Source: Octopus sinensis (lineage: Eukaryota). Taken from it: 64,000 nt of DNA. Below, piece by piece: positions 1-12,562 of the stretch. The DNA is taken from contig NC_042999.1 in assembly GCF_006345805.1 (NCBI RefSeq), positions 137,454,001 through 137,518,000 on the forward strand, in the 5' to 3' direction. Position 1 is the stretch's first letter, and the number at the start of each line of letters is the position of its first letter. Below the pieces are notes generated by a model. That model ran no database searches. It worked only from the letters and a program-made list of their open reading frames with translations, and was not told the origin of the DNA. The position numbers and the translations under genes were made by a program.

Positions 1-116
1 GTTCCATAACCAACGATAATGAGGGTAAACTCTCAGAAACGTTAGCTATAAATATAATATAATAATAATATGAGGGAATATTATTCCAAACTTACAGGGA
101 AAAATTCAATTTAGAA
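1..116. repeat. Dispersed repeat fragment abutting (TA)n, possibly Penelope-like pseudo-LTR, with a hammerhead-like relic
   Basis: TGAGGG-TAAA-CTCTCA hairpin (20-35) directly followed by GAAACGTT (36-43); truncated by the window edge. Confidence 0.3.
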
Positions 117-1090
<974 letters not shown>

Positions 1091-1389
1091 CAAGCATACA
1101 CATTGCACACACTGGTTCTGCAAAGTTCTATGGGTCAAAGCATCATCATCATTCTTTAACAGCTGTTTTCCTTGCTGGTACAAATTTATTTGGTTATATG
1201 ACAAATCTATCCAACATATGTCAACATGGAATAAACAAAAAATTAAAGCAAAAGGCAAATCTACTTTCTTTAGCACTTTTTCTGAAAATGTGCATCCAAT
1301 GATGATCATTCATAATAAACATGAAGACTCCAAATCCTTTAAGCCTCTCAGCTGAAAGGTCCTTGTCTTGCTGGTGCAGGGGTGCTGAA

Positions 1390-1590
1390 GTCACATAAAA
1401 AGCACCTGTGCTGGTTCCACATAACAACACCCAGTATACTGTCAAGTGGTGGGCATTAGGAAGGGCATCCAGCTGTAGAAACCATGCCAAAACAGACAAT
1501 TGGAGTTCAGATAACACTCTGGCTGGCCAGCTCCTGCTAAACTGTCCAGCCCATAACCAGCAAGGAAGATGGATGTTAATGATTATGATG
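1390..1590 (+). mobile_element. RTE-type 3' tail fragment (LINE or RTE-tailed SINE)
   Basis: ggcattaggaagggcatccagctgtagaaaccatgcc...gatgatg matches the 3' end of the RTE copy at 18900-19044. Confidence 0.75.
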
Positions 1591-3189
1591 AAATTAGATT
1601 GTATGACATACATTGATTTATCATTATTATTATTATTTTTTACTAACACTTTGCTGATAGTGAAATAACAAGTCATATATTTTTAAGAGTGGTGAGAACT
1701 AAAGCTAATTGTATTCTCTCTACAAATACCCTTGCAGAAGGTATGTTAATACCTTCTCATTCCCTTCTTTTGAAATATGACGAAACTGAGCCCCATCCAA
1801 TGCCAGTCTGTTCTTAATCCTATTCTCCACCACCAAGCCCCTATTCGTTACCCCACTCCTGTTCTATACACCCTATCCTATTCTACATACAATGTAATAA
1901 AATTTAGTCTGCAGCTGTCATGTTTTATATCTCATCTAAAATGTCACAATCTTGCTGGATGCAAGCCATTGCATCTTCCAGTTTGTGTATTATTTTCCAT
2001 GTTTACCAACAGGACAAGCAAAATAAAGAAGTCATACAACGTCAGTAGGGTGGAGAAGTACAAGCAGTAAAAAGACTTGTATTAATTTAAACACTGTAGT
2101 TGACAGATAAACGATTGTTAGTGCATCAGTCACTTCTCATTTAAGCTGTAAAAGATTAGAAGAGATTTAGACATTTATGAAAAATATATTTTTATCTTAA
2201 AAACATAAATGTTAGGATTTGATTAATTTTGGTATTTTTTAAATTATGAGAAATAAAGGAAAATATAAACTTCCTTATTGTATTTTCTGACATACAAGTT
2301 AAATTTTTCAAACCAAAATTCACTACAAAGAAGGCAGGTTGACTTAGTAAGATGACTTTGGAGGATCAGAAATTCCATGTGAAATGCAGTAGGATTTGGT
2401 AAGATAATGCTGATATTTGAAAGCTTAAACTACATGTATATACTATATATATTACATTGATTTGTATGAAAGAAAATATGGTAATATTAGCATGAGTTTA
2501 TAATATGTATTGATGCACCTTGCATTTCCCTATTTCTTGTTAAGTTATTTAGTTGTCAAAATTTTGAAATATAAAAGGCATCACATATTCTAGGACAACA
2601 GTATTTGAAATCTGTCACTGATAAAACATTTATCTAAAGCAAAAGCATTATTTTGCATCCTGAAATTAAAGGCAACAGATAGAAAATTTCTATATCAAAG
2701 ATAAAACGTTTTTCTAAAGATGAAAGAAACAGGAAAAGAAAAAATTGAAACAAAGAAAGAAAAAATAAAAAGAAAACATGAAGAAAAAAAAAATGGCAGA
2801 TAAATAAGAGTGAAATAAATGATAATAGTAATTTCTTTTTTCAAAACATACAAAACAATTTCAGGGATTAAATATCCAGATTTTCTTCTTATAATACAAA
2901 GCTCATCTGCAAGTTTAAAATGATGTTAATGAATCTCTAACCGAAAGATTTGGGCCTTTGGAATAAAGTAGCATATTGGAATACGCTTAATGTTTCAATG
3001 AGACATTTCAATATATTTATCATTTTTCATATAGAAGTCTGTTTGGCATTTTTTTTTTATTATTTTATTATCATGGTTAAAATTTGAGAGTCCATGAAAT
3101 AAATTTTACTGATAAAAAAAAAAGAATATTGGAAATTTGAGATGAGAATATTAAAAGAAAGAAAAATTGGATATTTACCCTTTATTTAG

Positions 3190-4500
3190 TTATTGAACAT
3201 AACCTAACCCTAATGGTCTGTCCATAATGTTCATTTTTGGTACAGGGAAAGGTCGTAAAGGTGGAAGACCTTTGTTGTGGCAGTCAAACCCATATGGTTG
3301 TATCTGTGGTGGTGGTGGCTGGTGATTTTGGGGTGGAATAATGTGAGGATTGGGTATGGATTCACCAGTAATGGACTTATCACACATATCTCGATGTTGG
3401 ACTGATGGATGTTGGGGTAAAACAGGGGGTTTTAAGTGATTTATAGGGGATGGATACATGCTGAATGTTTTATCTGAGTTGCCAAAACCAACAGATGTTG
3501 GGATGGACAATGCAGTTTTGGAAAGGTTTGGTAATGATGTTGGTGGAGGTGAAGTGATGGTAAAAGCACCATCGAGAATGTCTGAGGAGGGAGGTTGTTG
3601 TTGGATCGGATTTTGTGGGGCTTTGTGAGGGGATGGAATTTGTGGAGGTGGTGAGACAGCAGGAAAAGTTTTGTCACAAGTATTACAGTTATTATTATTA
3701 GAGATAGAATGAGGTGGAACTCCTGCCCCCATAACACTGAGGTCAGGTTTCACATGGCTAAGCATGTGCACTTTAAGGGCACCATTGTTAGCAAAGTTGT
3801 TACCACATGTCAGGCACTTAAAAAATTTATCTCCAGCATGAGACTTGATATGAATCCGACGAGCTCCAGGATTTGAAAAATCTTTACCGCAGGTTTCACA
3901 TTTATAAGGACGATCTCCAATATGGATTTTAAGATGTGTTTTCCAGGCACCAGAATTAGCAAATCTTTTGTCACAAATGTCACATGTGTAAGGTTTTTCA
4001 CCCGTATGTGTGCGTGAATGTGTCTTCTGGGCACCAGAATTGGCAAATTTTCGACCACACGTATCACACTTGAAAGGTTTTTCTCCAGTATGTGTTTTAG
4101 CATGTGTTTTCCAGGCACCAGAATTAGCGAAACACTTCCCGCAGACTTCACATTTGAAAGGCTTTTCTCCAGTATGTGTCCTCAGATGTGTCTTTAAGTG
4201 GCCAGACCCCGAGAGAATCCGGCCACAAATCTCGCAGTCGAAAGGCATTTTCAAGCTGGCAACAGCACTTGCAGCTGTGGAAACTGCAGGATATGTAAAT
4301 CCTGTAGGGGGTTGAGCTGGTGCTGCAGCCAAAGATGGTTGGGGATCAGTAGTTGTGTTTTGTAGAGCAGTGAGGCTGGTGAAGAAATTGAATGGATACC
4401 AGCAGTTATTGTCAGCACCCGCAACCGCACCAGCAGACGTACTGAAACACGGCAGTGCTGTCGGTGGCGGTGTTGAGGAGGTGGATTGTTGTTTACTCAT
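3190..4500 (-). CDS. C2H2 zinc finger protein, 436 aa, six tandem fingers (aa 87-249), Ser/Thr/Pro-rich N-terminus, Pro-rich C-terminus; no KRAB/SCAN/BTB recognised
   Basis: Uninterrupted ATG-to-TAA ORF; six F/Y-x-C-x2-C-x12-H-x3-H units joined by TGEKP, TGEKP, TGEKP, IGDRP, AGDKF linkers; GC-richer than flanks; AATAAA on the minus strand at 3181-3186. Confidence 0.93.
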   Translation of the reverse strand: MSKQQSTSSTPPPTALPCFSTSAGAVAGADNNCWYPFNFFTSLTALQNTTTDPQPSLAAAPAQPPTGFTYPAVSTAASAVASLKMPFDCEICGRILSGSGHLKTHLRTHTGEKPFKCEVCGKCFANSGAWKTHAKTHTGEKPFKCDTCGRKFANSGAQKTHSRTHTGEKPYTCDICDKRFANSGAWKTHLKIHIGDRPYKCETCGKDFSNPGARRIHIKSHAGDKFFKCLTCGNNFANNGALKVHMLSHVKPDLSVMGAGVPPHSISNNNNCNTCDKTFPAVSPPPQIPSPHKAPQNPIQQQPPSSDILDGAFTITSPPPTSLPNLSKTALSIPTSVGFGNSDKTFSMYPSPINHLKPPVLPQHPSVQHRDMCDKSITGESIPNPHIIPPQNHQPPPPQIQPYGFDCHNKGLPPLRPFPVPKMNIMDRPLGLGYVQ

Positions 4501-6419
4501 TCAACAATTAGGACAGAAGATGCTATATAATGGTGTCTTTTTTCTTTACTTTTTTTTTTTTTTTATTTCTGTAGCAAATGATATTTTCAATATATTTGTA
4601 AAGAGTAAAAACAGAACTGAGAGAAATAAGTTTTCTCAACTTTCATTTATTTTGATGTGTTTTATCAATAACAAGTCACAATGTCTTTGGTTAATAATAT
4701 ATTCTTACCAATTCTTAGAAACACACTCACAATTATTGACAGGTAAACATTTGTGGGTTTCTGTTTTAGATACCATCACACACACATATATATATATATT
4801 TACATACAAATATGAATATAGTTACACAGACAATTGTTTAAACAATCACACACACACTAATTTCTGATTATCACTGTATAAAGTTTAAAACAATCTTAAA
4901 TAAGTTCTTTTAGTCCAACAAGATGGCAGTGTGACCATCTTGATAATGGTCCAAGAGGTCAAATCCGCAAACAATATTGACCTCAGAAGTTTAGAGAAAT
5001 CTGAAAGAAGAAAGAAAAAATTCTTATTAAAATTTATAAAAATAAATCAACAGTTACAATAACAATTCTAATTAAACATTTATTATTTCTAAAAACAGTT
5101 TCTTTAAATATAAAAACTAGAAAAATTTTAAAAGTCCTAAATTTTTATTTTCAACATTTAACCAAAAAGAAATGGTGAATTAATGATTTCTTTAGATGTA
5201 TATGTGGACACCATTTATCAAGAAGTTACAACACCATATTCAGTCTCAATACAGAACTAGGCCTCATCACATGTCTTTTCAGTAGCTTGGGATAAGGATC
5301 AAACCAATTGATTTTAGAAACTGTAAGAGCAGAGAATAACAGTTGCTGTGCTCTGACCAAGTCCACTTCACATTACTCTGTTGTAGTCACTATCAGAATC
5401 TAGAAACATACTAAAGTAAGGTAGACTGTGTCAAGTTTGCTATGTGTCAAGAGTATCACACTGTATTTCCTATGATTCATTACTGAATGTCAGAGAGCAA
5501 TACAGCTCAGAATGTAAAAAGCCAAAAGAAATGGCCACGGAGCATTTTTTGTCCAATGCAATAATGATTCTGCCAGCTAACTCCTTTGAATTTGATGATA
5601 ACAATGGTAGACAACAGCAATAAATTTAATTGTTAAAATGGTGGTGGGTGCTAAATGAAAAAAATTAAAGAAAGAAAGAACACATTCACATAAAGATAAA
5701 ACTAAAATACAAATAATTTCTCAATAAGAACAACACCCATTCCAAAATAAAAAAAAGTGCCTTCTTTGAGAGAAATGAGCAAAGAAAATAATTCTGTTTA
5801 GCTATATAGAAATAATTCTTTGCTGAGATTATTGTGAAGACAAATAACATAATTCACATCAGATTAAAACTGAAGTCAGAGGTGGTTAAATTTATTTTGA
5901 AAATAGAATAATAAAATAAATTGATATTTTGATTGCCTCCTTGGAGGGAAAAATATGAGGAAAGATGAAGTGGAAAGGGAAAATATGAAAAGATTAGTGA
6001 ATGATGGCAAGAGAGATGGCTTAGATGTAGCTGTGTGGACAAGTTCTTGTCACAACCATAAGTTAGATTACACTGCATTACTTTAAGCAAGTGTCTTTAC
6101 CATAACCTCAAGTTGACCAATATCTTCTTAGTGGAATTTGGGAGATGGAAACTATGCACAAGTCTGTAAGTGTGAATGTGCATGCATATGTGTGGGTATA
6201 AAAGTCTCTTTTTATGTCAATTTATAAATGATTAGCAATTTAACATTAAAGTAAAGTATTACTCAATACTTTTTAGCAGACTACATGTTAGTTAAATTTT
6301 TACAAGAGGAGTACCAGAGACTTTGAAGTTTTAGCTTGCTACCCTCTGACAAAGGCTAGCAGGTCAAAACTTCAAAGTCACCATTCCTTCTCTTCCTGTA
6401 AAAGTTTAAAATATATCTT

Positions 6420-6818
6420 TCCTTTTATTTTTTACTTGTTTCAGTCATTGGACTGCCGCTATGCTGGGACACCAACTTGAAGAGTTTAATCAAACATATC
6501 AACCTCAGGACATTTTTTTTTTAAGCTTGACTCTTCTATCCATTCTTTTTGCCAAATCACAAACAAACCAACACCAGTTGTCTAGAAGTGGTGAGGGACA
6601 AACACAGATACATATATACACACATGCACATGTATATATGTATATATATATATATACATACAATGGGCTTCTTTCAGCTTCCATCTATTAAGTCCATTCA
6701 CAAGGCTTTAATCAGCCCAAGGCTATAGTAGAATACACTTGCCCTGGGTGCAATGCCATGGGACAGAACCTGGAACCATGCGTTTAAGAAGCAAACATCT
6801 TACCACTCAGTCATGCCT
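6420..6818 (-). mobile_element. tRNA-derived SINE, near full length, with internal microsatellite
   Basis: Minus-strand tRNA-like head (gtggtaag...ggttccaggttc) and body shared with copies at 24970-25270 and 59540-59740. Confidence 0.75.
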
Positions 6819-6824
6819 AGCTTT

Positions 6825-7260
6825 TGTGTGCAGCAGATGCACAGGAGCAATAAACACCACAGATATTCAGAAAACAGATTCCATTACATGCCAGGGGAAG
6901 AAACTAGAAGTAGCTGACAGCTTCCGCTACCTAGGTGACCAAGTCTGTAGTGGAGGTGGAAGAGCATTGCCACTAGAATAAGAATAGCCTAAGCGAAATC
7001 CAAGATCTCTCGCTCAGAGTGAAAGGCAGATTGTATGATGCATGTGTGCGAACTGCCATGCTACAAGGCAGTGAAACATGGGCCGTGACTGCTGAAGATG
7101 TGTAGGTTTGAAAGAAATGAAGCTTGTATGATCCACTGGATGTGTAATGTCAGTGTGTACACACAACAGAGTGTAAGTGCCCTGAGAGAAATGTTGGACA
7201 TAAGAAGCATCAGATGTGGTGTGCAGAGAGTTGACTATGCTGGTATGGTTGACAGAGCTG
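6825..7260 (+). mobile_element. Decayed RTE LINE 3' ORF fragment
   Basis: DSFRYLGDQVCSGGG and cgtgtgcgaactgccatgctaca segment homologous to 18060-18420. Confidence 0.85.
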
Positions 7261-7269
7261 ACAGGTATA

Positions 7270-7570
7270 GAGAAAACAAGCATGCAGTATTACTTAACTG
7301 TGCTGTTATCTAACATCTGGTTTAATACCCAGTGTGAAACTGATTGATAACATCGGCCGTGATGGACATATCTATAGCTATTATATATATATATATATCT
7401 GTACACTTTGATTCCACTCCCACTTGTTTCCAAGTAAGGTAATGTTTCTCTATGACCAGACATGTTTTCATGGAAGATTGGAAATGAAGGACACTGCTTG
7501 CATGAGAGTAACACTTGCTTACAACTATCATGTAATATCAAGGCAAAGCCACAATATCACACACACACAA
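7270..7570 (-). mobile_element. RTE-tailed SINE-like repeat
   Basis: gtttccaagtaaggtaat...gacatgttttcatggaagattggaaa shared with 23490-23745 and, inverted, 57415-57690. Confidence 0.65.
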
Positions 7571-8184
7571 TTCGGCTTCATTCAGTTTTCAATTACCAAA
7601 TCCTCACACAAAGCTTAAGTCTCTTACTAAAGCCCTGGGCTTTGGTCAGCCCATGGCTTTAATAGTAGATGTGATACAGCCACACCTGCACCTAATATCA
7701 ATGAAAATTCTAGAGTACCACAAGTGGTGCTGTGTTGTATATGGTGGTGGGGGTTATTGTGACAGTGTGCTCTCTTTTACCATGCGCATCCTATTCATCT
7801 GGCAGCAGTAATTACTCAAAAATAAACATACAAACTTTAAACTACTTTGATATAACATTTTTCTTTGAGTGTTATTAAATTTGAAATCAAATTACAGTAT
7901 TATTTTTTTTAAAATTAGTTTCAGTCAATAAATTTCTAATGACTCTATAAATACAATTAGTCACTATGAAAGCATAGTATTTATTAGATGTGGGGTATAA
8001 AAGGGAATGAGCATAAGAAAGTCATATATAAGTAACAGGCTGAATATAGATAGAATGAAGCAGGGAGAGGAGTGAATGAATTAGAATACACTGTCCCTCA
8101 GCTTACATGGGAAATTGATTCTGTAAGTCATTGTGCAAGTTGAAATTGTGTAAAACAAAGACGACATGATTTTAATGATCATCA

Positions 8185-8400
8185 TTATCATCATCATTTA
8201 ACATCTATTTTCCATGCCGGTATGGGTCGGAGGGTTTGATAGGGCCCAATCGTCTGTTTTGCCATGGTTTCTATAGCTGGATGCCCTTCCTGACACTAAC
8301 CACTTTATAGAGTGTAATGGGTGCCTTTTACATGGTACCAGCACAGGTGCTATTATGTGGCACAGGCAAGAGTGCTTTTTACATGGCACCAGCGTGTTAA
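8185..8400 (-). mobile_element. RTE-type 3' tail fragment
   Basis: (ATC)n tail plus ctggatgcccttcct...aaccactt, reverse complement of the RTE 3' end. Confidence 0.75.
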
Positions 8401-8569
8401 TAAAAAGCAAGTAAAATTATTATTTACTGAATTAAGAATAAATTTGATTGTTGTGTGTGTGTGTGTGTAAACAAAGGATAAAATCATTAAAATTAATGAA
8501 TCTTATCAGTGGCCAGCATATAAAAAACCTTTTAGGTAAAATTCATATATAGAGATATATAATTGTATA

Positions 8570-9050
8570 GAATACAATTATAATTAAGGGTACAGAAGCT
8601 ATCATGCCTATATGCTAGAAAGAGATGCCAAATACATCCAACCACTATAAGTTTCACTCCATCATGCTTTCAACCAGTGTATATCAAAGTGAAACTTAGT
8701 GGTTGGACATATTTAGTGTCTCTTTCTAGCATATACAACATGGTAGCTTCTGTGTCCTTAACTGTATTCTATACATACATATATACTATATGTATGTATT
8801 TTATATGTATTTTAATATTTCACTTAACCATAGCAATACTAATAACCTGGAGTGGGAACTCAATATACATATGATTGTGAGAGAGGTGTTAACCAAGTAC
8901 AGAGAGTAATAAAAGATTATATAAACAACAAGAGAACAATAAATTATATAATGGACTTCATTAGTTTATAGCTGTTTCTGCTCAAATTTGAAATACACTC
9001 ATAGTTGAGTGCTTGTGTATCATCTTATAGCTTTGTCAGAGCTTTAAGGG
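8570..9050. mobile_element. Penelope-like/retrozyme-like repeat with decayed hammerhead motifs
   Basis: tataattaagggtac start shared with the 15673 palindrome; minus-strand CTGACAA (9033-9039) ... GAAAC-AGCT-ATA (8967-8978). Confidence 0.45.
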
Positions 9051-9779
9051 CTGGTTTATTTATCTTAAACTGCTTCACAGTTGCCATTGAAGCCTTTCCA
9101 TTTTGCAGTTGATTTGATATTTTAATTTTCATTTCCAGAGAAATCAACTTACTTGATGTTTGAACCACTACAATTCAACCAAGAAAATATTTAACAAAAT
9201 ACTGAAAAAAAAAAAATAAAAAACTAATTCTAACCTATGTCTGTCTTTGTTTAGTGTGTGGTCTACCTTGCTATAGAAGAAATAAAATGTAAATGAACCA
9301 AAAAGGAACAATTAAGTGACATTTCTGAATATGAAAATTAAAAAAAAAAAGTTCCCAGAAACCAAAATTGTGGTAAAGTAAGACCATAATGCAGAAGAAG
9401 TGCCATGAAAACTGAAGGACAACTGTATTAGGTAAATTAGAGGCTAATTAGTGAATGAGTGAATGCAGAGTACAAGAAAGGGTATATTTCTAATAGAAGA
9501 GTTTAGAAAAGACTATGTACAAGTGAGATGCCACTTGCTTTCAATCTATAACTTTGCTACTTATTCCATTATCTTGATATCCCATACAGTACATATGATA
9601 CAACTAGCTGCTATATTTCAAAATAGGGGACAGAAAAATTAGTTTTCTATTATGATTTATGGTGTTATCATTGAATATGCTCCATATTAATAATGAATTT
9701 ACCAATTTGGGTGAGTATACAACATTCATTCATCTAGAACACACAGAATATATGCCACTATAATTCTGATCATCAAATA

Positions 9780-11200
9780 TGGAGGTGAACGTCAACACTG
9801 ACAATTACTCTAAATTAACTCGGATTTCGTCCTGTTTATCTGATATTCAGTTTAACGTGGGTTCACAGTACACACGTGTACACTGAGAGGGTGGGTTTGG
9901 CTTTGACTTGACTTGAAACAGCATTCACCCAGGGTGGGTTGAGCTGGCTTCATTCATCCTCAATCCTGCATCCCTCACAAACGCCAACCAGACCTGGCGA
10001 TTTGGTGGGTTTAACATGGCAGAGTCCCATCTGACACAGATCCAAGAGCATGGTATGCCTTTTTATTTCCTAACTGCCGACTACAGTGACTGAGAGATTA
10101 CCAGTTTCTTAAAAGTGCTCAGGTCTTTTGTGTTCAGAGTTGGGGAAGATGTGAAGGCCCCTAGCAACATTGTATCGTCTACAAACAAGAGAAAGAAGCA
10201 TTCCCAATGTTGTTAGGGAAGCTAAGTTCATTCAACAGATCCAAGACATTATTGACAACAACCACAGCAGGCTGATAAAGGCCATCAGGTATAAGTTTTT
10301 CAGGATCTTTTCCTTTTGAAGGCCAGATTTCAACACAATTTCTAGTTAACTAAACACTTTAAAACTTCGTATACTAGTAGAATGTGTCAAAAGAAAACAT
10401 TATTTTCACTTGGCTTTCTTGATAAATTTGTAATTCGTTTGTTTAACGTAGTTTAATTTTTCGAATTTTAACCAATCCTATGCTCTCTTTTGAGCTAAAA
10501 TCATTTGCTGCATCTAAAAACTGAGACAACATCCTGTAACTAACCCTAACCATATATTTTTTTCTTAATTGTTAAATCAATTTAATTGTTACGCGTGTAA
10601 AAAAAACTAAAGCAATGGAAAATAATTTAAACAATTAACATACAAAATAATTCTATAATTTTTATACATACACTTTCCGTACGTATACGGAAAGCGTGTA
10701 TTACGGAAAGCATGTGTATAAAAATTATACAGGTACGTATACGGAAAGCGTGTATTACGGAAAGCGTGTGTATAAAAATTATAGAATTATTTTGTATGTC
10801 AACTGTTTAAATTATTTTCCATTACTTTAGTTTTTTTTTACATGCGTAACAATTAAATTAATTTTACAATTAAGGAAAAAAAAAGTTAGGGGGAGGGGGA
10901 GGGTTAGTTACAGGATGTTGTCTCAGTTTTAGACGCAGCAAATGATTTTAGCTCATAAGAGAGCATAGGATTGGTTAAAATTCGAAAAATTAAACCATGT
11001 TAAACAAACGAATTACAAATTTATCAAGAAAGCCATGTGAAAATAATGTTTTCTTTTGAGAGATTCTACCAGTATACGAAGTTTTAAAGTGTTTAGTTAA
11101 CTGGAAATTGTGTTGAAATCTGGCCTTCAAAAGGAAAAGATCCGTCTTTCATGATGATAAGAGAGAAGTTTATGTCCAGAATCACCAGAGAACCCCATGT
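9780..11200 (+). mobile_element. Tc1/mariner (maT-like) transposase 5' relic, interrupted by a fold-back element
   Basis: From ATG 10016: HTH-like EITSFLKVLRSFVFRV, KRKKH, FIQQIQDIIDNN; removing 10303-11151 restores IRYK(S/F)FMMIREKFMSRITRE. Confidence 0.7.
10303..11143. mobile_element. Non-autonomous fold-back DNA transposon, ~380-bp TIRs, 8-bp TSD (Merlin-like)
   Basis: Ends GGATCTTTTCC...GGAAAAGATCC; flanks GTTTTTCA (10295-10302) and GTCTTTCA (11144-11151); arms pair along their whole length. Confidence 0.85.
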
Positions 11201-11391
11201 GATCATGTGACCTCTTTCCAACATCATGTGGCATTCTAGTTCTCCCTTTTTGAACCACTTACTACTACATCTGAAGTGGGTGCTTTTTACGTGCCACCGG
11301 CACAGGTGCCAGACGAGGCTGGCAAATGCCCACAATCGGATGGTGCTTTTCACGTGCCACCGGTACGGAGGCCAGGCGAGGCTGGCAAACA

Positions 11392-11437
<46 letters not shown>

Positions 11438-12193
11438 GCGTGTGTGTGTGTATACACATACAGCTTAAGTAATTATTATATTATGCTCAGATGAATTTAA
11501 AAAACATAAAAGTTGTAACTGTAGTAAAAATGGTTTTTCTACATTGAAAAAGCAGAAACTGTTTTTTATAGCAAAAATATTAAAGAAATAGTTACAGAAG
11601 GTACAGACACTCGTGTATACATAAACATGGGTGTATAGGCACATGTATGTAAGAAAATATGCAAACTTTCCAAAGAGAATCTTGTTGGCAGTCTCCAAGC
11701 TGTTAAAATTGCTAACTCACTGAAAATAATGAGTTTATTGCAATAATTGAAAAAAGAAAAAAGAAAAATGCAAATAGTTGTGAAGCATGAAGTAAATCAG
11801 AATGGCCTTCAAGCAATTATTTTTCTTTTAAAAATTGTAATAGGATAAAAATTCTTCATAAATATAACAAAACAAATTCTTAGAGGAAAATTTAAACAGC
11901 TAAACTAAATCTTGCAACATTTATGACATTTATTTGTTTGTAATAAAAATTTACTAAGAATGAGATCAGCTTAAATCTCTGAGTGTTTGTAGAGAAGACT
12001 TAATAAAGCAGGGATTCTCAAACCTAGGCAAATGGGTAAGAGTACTCTTGGTAGTATGCAAGAGAAATTATAGGGATACATACAATTATAGGGATACATG
12101 AAATTTGTAAAAGCACTAGAATTTTGAAGTAATCACAACTAACTACCTTTCAATGGTGCAACTTTAATTTTAGTAAATAGTATTTATGAAATA

Positions 12194-12562
12194 ACTAGCA
12201 GTATCGCCCGGCGTTGCTCGGGTTTGTAAGGGAAATAACTATAAAGCATTTTTAGAGAGTTATAGCCAAAAAATGGAAAAGAAATGATGGTAAATTTTTT
12301 TTTTAGTTATAAAGGTCGAGTTGCGTCCCCTAGACAGTCTGTGGTTTGTGTTTCTGATTCTCGACCCCATGTCGAATTTTTCGATTTTTTTCAGAACTGG
12401 GAACTTTTCAAAATTTTCGCTGCGTTAGTTTTGAATATGACATTGGGCTATGTGTGTGTCAAGTTTCATCAAATCCGTTGAAAGCCGTGGTCAGGTGAGG
12501 GTACAACGTGACAGACACACAGACACACACACAGACAAACTGCCGTTTATATATAGAGAGAT
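12194..12562 (+). mobile_element. Non-autonomous Helitron/Helentron-like (Lep1-type) element
   Basis: Starts ACTAGCAGTATCGCCCGGCGTTGCTCGGG, ends (GACA)n...TATATATAGAGAGAT; same termini at 56525-56919; no TSD. Confidence 0.65.

Noticed and set aside
3200-3213. Telomere-like AACCTAACCCTAA
   Set aside because: Only about two units and part of the LGLGY codons of the zinc-finger CDS
3441-4867. Alternative-frame and antisense ORFs overlapping the zinc-finger gene
   Set aside because: Shadow ORFs of a GC-richer CDS with no independent motifs
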